Below, one piece after another: positions 1 through 13,136 of a stretch of 64,000 bases of DNA; positions within the stretch are counted from its first letter, which is position 1; the number at the start of each line of letters is the position of its first letter. The notes beneath the pieces were generated by a model. The model did not search any database, had not been told where the DNA came from, and saw only the letters and a program-made list of their open reading frames with translations. Location: positions 5,022,001-5,086,000 of the forward strand of contig OZ210885.1 in assembly GCA_964658305.1 (NCBI GenBank). The letters are read 5' to 3'. Source of the stretch: Leptogorgia sarmentosa (lineage: Eukaryota). A program made the position numbers and the translations under genes.

Positions 1-1120
1 AGCAATCGCCAGACTTAAATATTGGTGTTACTTTACCGTCTTTCCAGATCTTGGGGAAGATAGAGGATTTTAGTGATTGATTAAATATGTCCGTTAGGGT
101 TGGGGCGATAACTGTTGCAGCATCTTTCAGCGGTCTAGCGCTGATACCATCAAGGCCGGTAGATTTATTGGTTTTAAGTGTTGATAGTTGTTTGTGGACG
201 GAGGTAACATCAATCTCTTTGAATTCGAATGTGGAATTGAGTTGTGCTAGTTGGATGGAGGAGAATGTTTGATGACAATTTTTGCTTGATTTTGTTTGCC
301 AAAGTCTGTCCGATACTGGTGAAGAAAGTATTGGAAGGAGATGATATTGATTGTGAGTTCTTGGTTTCGGCGCCGCCTGATGTGATAGATGTTGGTACTG
401 GAGAATGTGTGTTGCGTGGAGTTAATTCATTGAGAGTTTTCCAGAGAGCAGAAGGATTATTTTTGTTTTCTTTTATCGAGGACTCGTAATATTTTGATTT
501 GCATTCACGTACTGCTTTGTTTACAAAACAGCGAAGCTTACGGTAAGACGACCAATGGTGTTTTGACTGTGTTTTTTGGGCCTTCTTCAGATGATAGTCT
601 CGATCTTGCATCGCTCGACTTAAATCAGCCGTCATCCATGGAATGCTATTTCCCTTAACTTTCATTATCTTCATTGGCGCGCGCGTGCTTGCTACGTTAG
701 TAAAACATTGACACCAGCTGTTAAAGGTAGTATCGACGTCATTTTCGTCTACAAGGGTAGACCAGTTGACGTTTCTAAGATCTAGAAGGAAGGACTGTTT
801 ATTGTGGTGTTTATAAGATCTATTTTCAATTGTGCGTGGTGGAGCTTTGGTGACGCCAGCTTTAAGCACGCAGAACACAAGAGTGGTCACTCAACGAGCA
901 TGTAATCACATCACTTCGGACAATTCTCTGATTATTGTTAGTAAAGATCAGGTCAATCATGGTTTCTGATGTTTCAGTGATTCTTGTTGGCTTCGTGATT
1001 AGTTGGTCTAAGTGAAATTGGCGAGAGAAATTATGGAGTAGTTGTTTCGAGGGTGAACGGGTTTTCTTGCTCAGGTCAATATTGAAGTCGCCTAACAAAA
1101 TGAGCTCGCTGTTATTTGTT
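1..1120 (-). mobile_element. Non-LTR retrotransposon (L2/CR1-group) fragment: endonuclease C-terminus and linker toward RT, frameshifted
   Basis: ORFs 862-1098 (LGDFNID, PTRIT, IDLIF, SLSDH) and 210-890 (PWMT, LWKTLN) match LINE ORF2 motifs; the element continues off the window edge. Confidence 0.85.
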
Positions 1121-1381
1121 CAGTATATATATATCGATGTAATGTAACCTAGCATCATTCCTGATGATGAATCTTAGTCGAAAGCTAGGATATTAAAATG
1201 TTTATTTTCGGAGTTACCGTTGTTTTATATTTTATTAAAATACTCAGTGGTTACCGTAAGTTTCTTTCTCAATATGACTTGGTTTGTTCTTTTCTTTCCT
1301 TTCCTTACAGTCTTCAAGAATGTCTCGTTATCTCCGATTTCCATGTCTTTACTTCCATTGCTGACCATGGTGACCATGTGG

Positions 1382-2290
1382 TCAAACTCTTCCTTTCCCC
1401 ACTCTCTGAAGTAGCGACCAATTATGTGGATCGTACATCCACTGGTCAGTGCCAGGTGTTATGGTTGAAAGGGAGGAAGTGGTGAATATTTCAACTCTCC
1501 GTTGGACATTTGCATTGTCTCCAAAGTCCGGCACTGCATTGGTGGTGATGTAAAATGGGCTGTGGCAAATCATGTGTCTTGGTTGCGTGTGCTTTACCGC
1601 AGTTACTAACCAACCGCCTTGCAGATTGGTCTTTGCAAGTTCAGCGGGCATTGTGCTTGCACACCATTCGTCAATGATGATGAGTTGGGTGTCCTCGTTG
1701 AGCAGAAAATTGGCGCTTGTTGGTGATGGAAGCGATGTACTGGGCTGGAACAATGCATGAGGGATATGTGCCCACAAGGTCTTGCCAGAGTCGCGAGGTC
1801 CTGCAACAACCAATTTTCGAGTTTTCTGTGGGATTTTATGGGCGAGTAGGCACTGGTAGAATTTGTTGATGAAGTTGGTTCGCACGTCATCTTCGGGAAA
1901 CAAATTGTATACCCCTTGAGGTGGTGTGGAGGAGTCATAGGGTATGTAGGCTCGCGGCGTCAACCTCCCAATGCATGATTCATGGATGGCATTTGGTATG
2001 AACCCTCGACTGCAAATCGCCAGACAAAAACCGTTCTAGATTTCTATAAGGTTGAAGTCAAATGCTAGCTGCTCTAAGATCGCGCACGCCGGATGAGAGA
2101 GTATGGTTTCCACACTTTTGAAATGTTTCACCAGCTGCTGATTGAGTACATTGTTGACAAGCAGCTTGTTCAAATAGCTGCCAACGTCCATGAGCCGGGT
2201 GTACGTGAATTGGGCTCCATCGGGTCTTGCATATATGTCACCACGCTACAGGGTGTGTTTGGACAGGTGCATAACCCGCTCCACCTTGCG
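1382..2290 (-). pseudogene. Superfamily 3 (SF3) helicase, viral type, degraded
   Basis: Walker A GPRDSGKT, Walker B IIIDEW, motif C FYITTN and arginine finger VQRRV in ORF 1382-1963; broken upstream frame. Confidence 0.7.
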
Positions 2291-2354
2291 GATGGTGGAT
2301 ATAACATCTGTGGAAGGCGATTCAGATGAACGTGGATGCAAGTGTTCGTGCAGT

Positions 2355-3325
2355 GTACTTTCCACAACCAGACATCAGAAACGGATGTTATCGCGTTATA
2401 AGAAACATCTCCATGGCTTGGCAAATAAAAAAGTATCCAGAACGCAAAAGAAACGTTATTTAAGTCAGAAGGGAGGAGGTTTACTAACAACCGTTTTACC
2501 ACCTGTTTTAAACGTGCTTGGGAAATTGTTGGTATAATGAAAAAAGCAAAACGGGGATGGCACTGGTGCCTGAGGAAATGTTGGATAAATTTGAACGGAA
2601 GCTTAAATTGGAAACCTCTCCGATTTTTTCGGACCTTTTGCGAAGCGATAAACGTATGTCGGACATTCTTGAACGTTCGGATTTGACCGACGACAAGAAG
2701 CAGAAACTGTATAATATGGACATGCAGCGCCTTTTAGAATTAAGGCAACAGAAAAACAGTCAAGTACCAACGGTTTGATTCGCTCCAATTAAAGAAGAAA
2801 AGGAAGCTCCCCTGGAGCCATCCGAACCCCAGCTACCTCAATCATTTGAAGCTGACATTGTGGCAAATTTGCCAAAGTCGCATCGTACGAGGGCCACAGG
2901 TCTTTTGAATCGATTAAAAGCGAGACCTGATGTGATTACATGGGATGATACAGGGCAAGTGAAAATTGACGGGGAGACTATTCCAAATTTTAACATAACG
3001 GATTTGGTCAGCGATGCCATGAGATCAAGAAAAAATTTTAATCCTGTGCGTTCGAGAGTATTCTTTCAAACATTATCCAAATTAAATGTGCCCAAAGATC
3101 TCGTCAGAAATGACGAGCGATGGAAACAACTGGGCAAAACCGATTCTACCCAACCGCGGCGATCGGGAGGTTTTGCATGGCCCTTGCGAAGTGCAGGTTT
3201 TGGCAGTCCATGAACGGAAGATTTCGGCAGTCCACGAACTGGAGGTTTTGGCAGTCCACAAACTGGAGGTTTTGGTACCCCACCACCCACAAGTTCATCT
3301 CAAGAACAATGGATAAGATATTAAC
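2355..3325 (+). pseudogene. Maverick relic: paralogs of the two conserved genes at 37193-38235
   Basis: LSRYKKHLHGLANKK...QKGGGLLTTVLPPVL and LLNRLKARPDVITWDDTG...NITDLVSDA align closely with ORFs 37004-37498 and 37501-38235; in-frame stop at 2776-2778. Confidence 0.85.
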
Positions 3326-3429
3326 TTTTGTAACTTTGTTTTATGAATAAATGATATTAAAAAAATATTTGTTGTTGTTTAAAACACCACACAGTTTTCC
3401 ATTTTACAATTTTATTACAACAATTTTTT

Positions 3430-3700
3430 ACAACATTGATTAAGGCCTATAAAAGGCTGTTTGAAAGTAACTTTAAAATGAGCTTGAACAAAACGAAACA
3501 CCTTTTCATCGTTTAAAGCTTTGGGCAGTACTGCAGTGTTTAAGGTTTCCAACAATGCTTGTTTTTTTTTTAAAAAAAATTTAAATGCAAGGCATTAACA
3601 AAACACACGTTATCGTCAGTCGTACAATCTTGGACAAGTCTCTTTGTTTACCCCCATCGCTTGCAATCCTCCGAGCGAATATTGGCTTAAAATAATCTGT
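3430..3700 (-). pseudogene. Relic paralog of the Maverick-associated ORF at 50567-50953
   Basis: Minus strand near 3515-3570 reads KQALLETLNTAVLPK, against KQALLETLNTAVLPN in ORF 50567-50953. Confidence 0.7.
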
Positions 3701-3904
3701 ATGAAATAAAAATATAATTTCCTAAAGTTAAAACATTTCAAAACGTCCTATATGCGAATATTTGACATCAAATTTAGGTTTAATGGCATTAATGCTACAT
3801 ATATTCTGCAAATTAAAAAGCATTCTATAAAAACCAGGTTAAAAACTAATATGTTTTTCCATTATTTTTTCATTTAAAAAAAAAATATACGTACTACTAT
3901 TACT

Positions 3905-4520
3905 TCATGTTGTTAGAATATAGGTGCATTGAGTTGAATGTAGTCTTGCTACGTAAGTAAGACGAGCGAGGGGTTGCTGCATATATGTATTTCTAGTTAT
4001 GTCTATATTGCTCAAACTCCCATTTTTATGGATTGCGCTTTCGAATGAGTCCCAGAACTCACGCCATCTTGGATTTTCCCAGAAAATTTCCATAGTTCTA
4101 ATTTAGGTAGTTTTACTCTAGTGTCATTACTGTTAGGTGGAAAACTGTAACTTATGGTTTCGGCCTGCTGCTCCACAGAAACGTCCAGTTTCTTCTCGTT
4201 TATTTTTCTCAATTCATTGTCAATCTTCGCTAATCGGTCCTAAACTTCGCTTATGAATTCTGACGACGTTTCAATCTTGTTTTCGACGTCTTTTTGCTTC
4301 TCTAACAAATCGATTATCGCTTCGTCCAGTTTTTTTAGTCATGATCTTTTCTGTCAACGTTAATTTCAACCGCGCCAATTCAACCCCTACTCCCGGAGCA
4401 TCGCTTCCCAATAAACTTTTAACTCTTGCCAATGTTTTTGTTGTATATGCATGATGTCAACTTCTCGACTGTTTCTTCTTCGTAATCTCTGACATTACTT
4501 CGTTCACACTATTCTTGAAA
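3905..4520 (-). mobile_element. BEL/Pao LTR retrotransposon gag N-terminal fragment
   Basis: VKLPKLEL..FSG and WREFWDSFESAIHKN..LSNID are typical of BEL/Pao gag (DUF1759-like); frameshifted. Confidence 0.8.
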
Positions 4521-4524
4521 TCCA

Positions 4525-4542
4525 ATCCGGCTCGAAGGAGCA
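4525..4542 (-). promoter_or_regulatory. Primer-binding site complementary to tRNA-Tyr, next to the LTR end
   Basis: Plus strand atccggctcgaaggagca matches the eukaryotic tRNA-Tyr 3' end (ATCCGGCTCGAAGGA-CCA) with one mismatch; an LTR-type TG/CA end starts at 4545. Confidence 0.65.
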
Positions 4543-4961
4543 AGTGTTGCGTAACTTAGTGCGATTTGAGTCACGCTGGTTGCTGGCTCACGATCCAAGA
4601 CACAAATCAAGTGGGACTGTAGTTTTTTTTGTAGATTTTATTTTTATAGTACAACTATTTACACTTGATTAGTGTCGTTTATAATATCACAGATATATGA
4701 AGACCAACACAATTACGTTCACGATTCACTCACTCCAACTCTCCACAATGCGATGCAATCAGTATTGCCAATCATCAATGCCTACAATCATTCCAATACC
4801 AATCTCAATACCAATATACCGCTACAACACACACACACACTCTTATAATACACAAACAGGAATACATATTTTCCTCCCACACGTTTCCTCTAGATAAATG
4901 GAACACGTTTATGCTGACTGTGTTCCTACTTAGTTCCGACTGTGTTCATAATCTTATTATA

Positions 4962-5338
4962 AGAGACCTTAAGATTACACGACGGCGACTCCAACAATGG
5001 CAAAGTTGAAACAGGGAATGAGCTGGGCCGAGAACACCGTCAAGTTGTACATTTCTGGGATTTTAAGCTTTTGAATTTTGTCAACATTCAACAACGAGAA
5101 CGCCATCTCATAACTGAACAGCAGCAGTGTGTTATTCAGGTCATGAAAGATGTACTGTCAATGCTCTTAATATAGGCTTTAATTGTTTGTCTTTGTTTGA
5201 ACGTACAAAAATGATCAATATATTCTCTATAAATACCTTCAACTGACAAGTCTATTTACTGCCAAAGTCGTCGCGTTGCAGCCACTAACGTCGGCGACTC
5301 AAATGCTGTCACAGTTTTCTCACAATCTTAAGGTCCCT
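4962..5338. mobile_element. MITE with ~15-bp TIRs and a 3-bp TSD (ATA)
   Basis: agagaccttaagatt ... aatcttaaggtccct, flanked by ata on both sides. Confidence 0.65.
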
Positions 5339-5699
5339 ATAATCTACCACGCCGTCCTGAGTCATTGTCCTTGGCGTTCGCTTGTGGGATCGCGTGTCAT
5401 TACGAAGCATATTTTCCTTTTTAAGTTCGCATTGTTTCTATATTGTTTATAAGTAAATTTAATACATATATATTTTGACATAGGTATTTACACATTTACA
5501 CGGACAATTTTTTGACACACTATACACATTTTACGACAGTATTGATGTTGTTGTTGTTTGATTTGATGTATCGAGCATGAAGGGCTTTAATCCATAGTGG
5601 TTGCTAGCATTCACTCGTTTGAAAACTTAACTAGGTTTATAAATCGTAAAGTTTAGTTCTAGGCTTTTGTCTAGCGTCACGCTTGTTGTCATTGCCATT

Positions 5700-6360
5700 T
5701 CCTTTTCGATGAATAGCATATTCTTTAAATAATAGTGTTTCTCGACTGGTCTATGGGGAATAAACGTCCCAATTGTCTTCCTTGGTTGTTAGTATAGCTT
5801 GTTTCTTGAAAAATATGGGTCCTCTACCACTTCGAAAGCCTAAAAAAGTTTAAAGATTACAGAGCATAATAGCATGTGTTGTTCACTCTCCGCTGTTCAG
5901 CCAAAGACTTTGGGAGGTTTTTTAAAATTTTGTTTGCGTGCCAGTTCTTTAAAGTAATTGTGTGGTCCCAGATCCTTTATCATTGATGGTATATGTATCA
6001 TGTAGTGCTGTTTTGGAATAATGTTAATATGAGGAAAGTGTTCCCTAAAATTTGTAAGGTGTCCACCAACTTCAATTTCAGCAAGTTGATAATATAATCT
6101 TGCATATTTCAATTAGTTCTCTGATCAAAGAATAGTAGCTGTCGTCATCATCTGGACAAAAGGTGAAGAGAAATAACCATGTTCGAGCAGCCTTGTATTT
6201 CAGCTTGTAAGCTTCGCCACCATGGAATACAGATTCCTTTATAGGGCCTGGTTTGTCAGCAAATTCACTGTAGCCATAATTTTGACTAGCAATTGTTACC
6301 CAAGTAGGCCAATGTGAAATAACCTTTGGAAAGATAATATGCCAATATGTGACGGACTTC
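5700..6360 (-). pseudogene. Degraded DNA transposase fragment, possibly animal EnSpm/CACTA-like
   Basis: PKQHYMIHIP..IKDLGP..YFKELARKQNFK motif in ORF 5897-6112. Confidence 0.4.
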
Positions 6361-7034
6361 ATACTGAACTACTTGTAAATAACTAGGGTTACTTGTGTAA
6401 ATAGCTTGTACGTAAACAGTTGGCAAATAACCAGGGTTACTGCGTAACAATCTGTAGATAGCCTGGGGTGTTCATATCAATAGTTTGTGCATAACCAGGA
6501 AAAGCTAACTAAATGTTATCATAACATCATAAATGCAATAATTAATGAACTTGATCATATTGTATAAAACCTTTTATTTTGAAGCCATGAATTGGTACTG
6601 CAATAAAACCATATAATAATTATATAACAGGGTAAAAATACATAAATTTATCTAACTTACATAAGTAGAACACGAATATGTAAAATAAAAAGATTCATTG
6701 CACTTCATACCAGGGTACATTCCATGCACGTTTTGGGGTAGATCTTCGGCGTGAGTTTCGGTTTGACCAGGGCGGTTATAAGATAGGGCGTTGAAATGCC
6801 AGCTGACGAGCTGAAACATGTGTGTTGCACTTTAGGCATGGGGCGAGCGCGGTTATAGCAATGTTCTAGAAAAAATGTTTGAACATTTATTTTTATCGCT
6901 CTCAGAACCCTTTTTACTCCTTAGTTATTAACTCGTTACCAACTACTCTTTTTCCCTACACTTCCAGTGTTTTTTGTTGCCATCAGAGCGTCTAACAATT
7001 GGCTATGTAATAGTTAAAACAGAAAATTTCTTAA

Positions 7035-8950
7035 AGGACATTGGCACTTAAAATTTTTATTGGCAATATCTTTCAAGCTTGCCTAGGGAATACTTAATTT
7101 CGTATTTTCACTTGTCTTAATCGTTTATTTCGTGAGAAAATTGTAAAAATGTTTGACGCTTGTCCGCCATTCCCCGTATGCTAATTTATTCATGAATACA
7201 TTTTGTGACATCATTAGTAGGGTTTCGGGCAAAACAACAAACTAAGATACACTGCAGAATGCAGATAATTGCGTTCTGAACACAACTGTGCAACGAAATT
7301 GCCAAAGCATTATGAGTTACAATATCAAATAATAATACTACTGCAGACTGCTAATATTTTAACGACAGTGCCATGTGTAAACGGGTATAATATTCGATTT
7401 CTTGCTTTCCTTTGTGCGAGAGTCGAGACAAACGGCCTCATAATATTTTAACGACAGTATTACAAAATAATAAACGTGTATATATTCTCGATATCATGCT
7501 TTTTTTATATATACAAGAGTCGAGACAAAGACATTAGCTATCGGGCACAGAAGCGCAAGTTGCGTATATTATAATATACTTGGTCTGGAACTTGTAGAAT
7601 TAAAAATTATGTGTGTGCGCAACCACGGAGCAAGTAATAGGAAAGATTAGCATAAAGTGTGTAACTTGAGCAGAGCATCATATTCGTCGTACTCTAGAGC
7701 CTTCTCGTGACAACAGAAACATTCGATAGTTTTTGTTGATAAGGCACAATGTCCACATTTGCACCAACTCAAAGATTTGCGGTGCCAAGCATTCGCTATT
7801 TCGAACTCTTCATCGACTTCCTCATCTGAGGAAGACAACTCGCTGTCTTCGTCCGAACCACTTTCAGCGCTAAAATTACTAGCATTTGCAGATTTGCTCC
7901 CGCTTCTGGCTCAAATTGGTAAGGTAATACTTCGCCTATTTGGTTCTCATGAATATTTTCCATTATTATAATCAAAAAGGCAATAATTACTTGACAACAG
8001 CTGTCCGACGCAAATATGAACTATAAAATTTATATACTGTTGTTTTGATCTTACCCTACTAATGATGTCAGGTCATATTACCAAAAGATAATTTTTCCAG
8101 AATGGCGGACGATTTTTGTATTTTGGGCACAATTAAACGCATATATCTTGCAAACTAAAATATTTCGTGAGGAATTATTACCAGATTCATTGTTAGATAG
8201 TACTGTAGGTTTGAAACGCCTATTGTAGTATTATAATAGTTCCTTGTGTACGTATTTGTTTGTTGGTTAAGTACACGTAATAATATAGTTGATTTGATTT
8301 ATACCTCGACGGAAATACCTGCACCATATGTTCACGATAGGTTAGATAGCGTGAGGCAGTATTGTTCCGAACGTGTTAGAGTAAAGACGTTAATCTCTGC
8401 AAGTTATTTGAAAGACATCGCTATATATTTCTACATTGCTACTAGTTTGGTACAAGTGTAAACCAAAGTACGTAAGTTTGATATTACTATTTGTTGTTGT
8501 TTATTTAGTTTGTTAATGACATTGACATTGCTGGTTTTGTATGTTGCATGCTTTAACCTTAGTATTAAGTAGTTCTATTTTACTGTCGTGTTTCAGTTCG
8601 AACCTACAATATCTACGATATCCACAATATCGACAGTATCCACGACCAATCGATCTATACGCCTGACCTACAAGTCCCACATCGTGTTACGTTGAACAAT
8701 TATTACCTTTGTCCTAATACCACTTACAATTGGCTACAATACGTTGCGTGACTTGTACAAGGGCCTTTGTTATATGACTTTGTTTAAATGTTTAATTAAA
8801 CTGTGTATCGTAAACTGATTTGGTCCAATTGTTGAGTTCGAGTATTCACCTGTACCCTCGCAACCCCTGTGGCTCCTATATTTGGCAACTGGGAGTTACA
8901 AGTACAACACGTTTGAAATAGCCAATAAAAATTTTTAGTGCCAATACCCT
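7035..8950. mobile_element. Kolobok-type DNA transposon, non-autonomous, TTAA TSD
   Basis: ttaa|aggacattggcacttaaaatttttattggc ... gccaataaaaatttttagtgccaataccct|ttaa; imperfect TIR of about 30 bp; internal Cys-rich ORF. Confidence 0.75.
7647..7950 (-). pseudogene. KolX / P2X7-ballast-like cysteine-rich protein fragment
   Basis: Acidic tract followed by WCKCGHC...ECFCCHE, located inside the Kolobok TIRs. Confidence 0.6.
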
Positions 8951-9479
8951 TTAAACATGAAACCATAGACAGTATGCGCTACTTTTTCGATTTTGAAACA
9001 GAAGATAAAATATTTGAATTTTTCAGCTACAAATGGACAGTTTGGTATTTAACTTTTAAACTTGGTGTCTAAGATGTTGCTTAATACGTCTAGCATTATT
9101 TGACCACGTAATTTTTTGAGCTTTTTCAGCAATCCTCTGTTAATTCTGGACTAAAAATTGTCGGGATGACAGCCAACTGTCGTGACTGACAGGGTCTCAA
9201 AATATCCATTAAAAACTCTTCAACTCACGTTATGACAGTTTATGTACTTATCTCAAAAACAAAACATTCAGTTCTTTTGCTGTGGGCATATTTTGTAACA
9301 ATGGCAACAATTTAGCAGGGAAACCAGAAACTTACTTGCAAGAAACATCTGACCGCGCCATGACAACAAGATTGAAACTTTCATTAGTAATTTTTCCATA
9401 GGTCTTTAAAAACTTCACAGAAGCTCAGGAGGTTCGTAAAGGCAATAGAATGACTGCCTAATCTAATTCAAGAATGGTC

Positions 9480-10490
9480 AACTCTCATTTCCTGTGACGT
9501 GGGATGCAGCTCATCCACTAAATCTTGGGAGTTGTCGAGGTCAAGGACCAAAGTCCCAGTAGTGATTACTTCAAAACATTCTTGAAGAGATGTAATGTTT
9601 CTAACACAGTCCTTGCGAATTGAAAGGGGTTTGCTTTTCTGCAACTCGTTGACAAAGATGCGAGGAGACCAGTTTGTTATGCTACTAAAAGGTTCGCCAG
9701 TTCGTTATATGAAGCTTAAAATTGAAAAGAGCTACAGCAGTTGTGGAAAGCATTCGATATGTTGTATCCAAATCGACAAGATGAACAGTACGAGTACATG
9801 ATCGCTGGGTCAGACCTTATTTCTGACCTGTTGGCAATCCTCGACATATTGGAGCCGATTGTTGATTTGATGTTGAGAGTCCAATCGCTTGATGTGCCCA
9901 TTTGGCAACTGAAGGTTTGGTGGCCCAAAGTTAAAGCGAAACTGGAAAAGGCTGCGAACGGCAATGTCAACTCCTTTCTGCGATTGCAAGAAGCTGGTGG
10001 AACGATCGAGCCTGGCGATCATTACCAAGGCGTTGAACTTCTTTACAGGTGGTTGGTGACCAATCAAGGTGGTGAAGAAGGACAGAGAGGAAGAGTTAAT
10101 TGGATGGAGCGAGAAGACATGGAAATTGAAGAAGACCGCCGGCGCCAGCAGTTGATCTAAAGAACGCTCTTGACAGAAGGGTTCAGGATATTCTTCACAA
10201 TCATTGTTTGTCTACACTCCAAGTGTTCGATGCCACAGCTCTTGTCACTCTATGCTGTGGTAATTGTGAAGAGAACACCTTGCAAATGGCTGTGTCGGAT
10301 GGAGAGTACGGAGCGTACAGAGTTGAAGAATGTAAATCGGTATTGGGTGTTGCTTCAAAAATGCCCCATCTCATCAAATCCGGAATGGATTTCGATCCGT
10401 GTTTGGCTTTTCGTTTTATGGGAAGGATCAAGAAAGCAGTCAGGATTGCTATCTGGGATGGGCTGTGCTTAGATTGGTTTGTTCTTGCTG
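9480..10490 (+). pseudogene. Degraded transposase-like gene (hAT-like?), cut off by a LINE insertion
   Basis: FPVTWDAAH motif near 9490-9520; fragmented ORFs 9741-10160 and 10208-10495. Confidence 0.35.
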
Positions 10491-13130
10491 AATAATAATA
10501 ATAATTTAATATTTATATCGCGCAAATTTACATGAGAATATGATCAAATGCGCGTAACAAAGATATAATAATAGTAATAATATTTACATATGCTAAGATA
10601 AGCGGATAAATCTATGCACAATATGCAATGTATATGTTTTCAATGAAGACATAAAACTATTAAAATTACTATCTTGTCTAATAAAATGCGGCAAGGCATT
10701 AAAAACTGTAGGAGCTGCAAAACTAAAGCTCTATCACCTAAAGTCTTCTTCGTATTTCTGTTATTAGCTGGCTCTATCAATAGTTCCTTATTTCTGCGCA
10801 GCTGATAGCTACTTGGTCTCATAACTGTTACCATTTCACTAACATATGATGGCGCTAGGCCATGTATTGCTTTAAAAGTCAATACAGATATCTTAAAGAT
10901 TATTCTCTCCTTGACAGGCAGCCAGTGTCCTTTCTCACTCGCACCGTTCCCTGGTTTAAACGAGAAATAAAGCTGCGTGTCATCAGCATATGCGTGCGCA
11001 GTTGGTAAATGTTCTTTAATAACATGAAATAATTTACTTGCATACATGGTAAAAAGCAGCGGTCCCAAACATGAGCCTTGAGGTATGCCACACGTTAATG
11101 GAAAAATGTCAGAGATTCCATCTTTAAATGCTATTCGCTGACATCGTCCAGGTAGGTAAGATTCAAACCACTTCCGCACAGTTCCTGTAATCCCAAAAGA
11201 TGTTTCCAATCGGTGCAATAGAATGCTGTGATCGACAGTATCGAACGCTGCACTAAGGTCCAGAAGAACAAGAAGGGTAACCCGCTGACAATCCATGCCC
11301 AAAAGTATGTCGTTTTGGACCTTCAGAAGGGCGGTCTCAGTACAATATCCATGCCTGTATGCGGACTGATACTCCGGGAATAAATCATGCAATATCAAAT
11401 GGTCATAGATCTGATCATAAACTGCTTGCTCAGCTAGTTTAGAAATAAACTGCAAGTTACTGATCGGACGCAGATGGTTGAACAAAGCAGCTTGTCCTGG
11501 TTTTTTTAGAAGGGGTTTTACTAGAGCCTCTTTCCAATCAGTTGGAAAGTATCCATAGATAAGCGAACTATTGACTACATGAGTAATTACAGGTAATAAC
11601 AATTCCAGACAATCAATCACCAATGGCATTGGCATTGGATCCAAATCACAGTACTGCTTGGGTGAGGCAATAACCAGAGCTCGAACTTCCTCTTCACTGA
11701 GCAAACGAAACGACTCCAGGGTAACACTACCATCAGGTGGCACGCAACGATCACTGGGTACAGGAGCACATGATTCCTCATCAAGAACAGGCCGATCCAC
11801 ATCAGAGCGAATCTTAGAGACCTTTCGCACTAGAAACTCCCCAATATCATTACAGAGCGCAGTATTGTTGGTATAATTTGGGAAGTTTAGTTTGTTCTTG
11901 GTAGTTAGCAGTTTACTTGCCGCACGGAAAAGCTTACCTTGATTTTCACTGTTGTCCGAAATGAAGTCAGTGTAATATGTTTTCTTTGCTTTGTTTATTA
12001 AATAAGTCACACGATTTCTAGAAGACTCAAACTCAGTAAAGTCAGCCAGTGATTTGCTTTTCCGCCACACTCTTTCAGCCTTCCTACGTCGTCTCTTAGC
12101 TGCGTCAATATCCGCATTATACCAAAGAGAATTTCTTGAGAGTTGAGTTGTATTCATGTGCCAAAGCATCAATGCTGTTCTCGTCTCGCCGATATTCCGT
12201 CTCACAATAACGAGAGGTACACAGTGATGTAGCTGCCAGATCCTCCCTGAGAACATCGTGGTCCACAGACTTCAACTTCCTATAAGTTATTTTTCGATAC
12301 GGTTTCAATGACGTTGGACCTGCAAGATGACAGACAACAGCGGCATGATCCGATATAAACTGATCAATGCCCGGTCTGCCATCAATAATATCATCCGAAA
12401 ATCGTGTTATTACTAAGTCAAGGGTGTGGTCATTAACATGGGTAGCTTGATTCTCATGCTGCCGCAATCCAACCGATTCAAGTAGATCACAAAACTTAAC
12501 AGAATCAGGGTCTTCAGTGGAATCAATGTGTATGTTAAAATCGCCACAAATCAATAGCGGTTCCTTGCACAGTAACAACGGTTCTAGATGACTAAAAAAC
12601 TCAGCCAAAAACACCCTCACGGGTATCCTGTGTTCACTTGAATAAGGAGGTCGGTAGACAACAACAATACGTAGTTGATGTGCAGACGATGAGTTAACCA
12701 GCCACTCAGAAAATTCAAATGATTTTTGTTCCCTGCATCCACTTTTGTCACACCAAGAAAATCTTGATACAACAAGGCAATTCCTCCACTGCATCGCATG
12801 TCACACACGTTATCCTCCATTTTGTAACCTTCAGGACATAACTGAGCTCGTACTGCATCATCATCCCTGTCCAGCCAAGACTCCATAATTGCAAGAATAT
12901 CGGGCTTGCAATCATGCGCGATGTAGTCAGCGATATCTCCAGTCTTATTCCTGACTGAGCGACTGTTGACTAGACAGAATTTAAGAGGGTTATTGTGGCA
13001 GTTCGCAGATATTTGAGGCAAACAATCAATACTAATTAGATTTGTCTGCTGCAAGCGTCGAACAAAGTCAGATACGGGAGGGCGCAATGCTGTTGACTTA
13101 ATTAGCCCATAATCGGGATGACTCGAAACA
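10491..13130 (-). mobile_element. LINE (L2/CR1 group) ORF2 EN-RT with frameshifts, an internal deletion and an (ATT)n tail
   Basis: EN motifs VVYRPP, GDFNIH, TLDLVI, SDH; RT motifs RPISNL, LDLSAAFDTVDH, GIPQGSCLGP, YADD; jumps from YADD..GASE to HWLPV; (aat)n at 10491-10505. Confidence 0.92.
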
Positions 13131-13136
13131 ACAATT

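Noticed and set aside
3885..3905. tactact as the terminus of the third Maverick relic
   Set aside because: Too short, and no partner TIR is visible in the window.
4525..4542. tRNA-Tyr gene
   Set aside because: Only the 3' 18 nt are present, positioned as a retrotransposon primer-binding site.
6800..6820. ctgacga...gaaac hammerhead-like words
   Set aside because: Only 3 nt separate the core boxes, so stem II cannot form.
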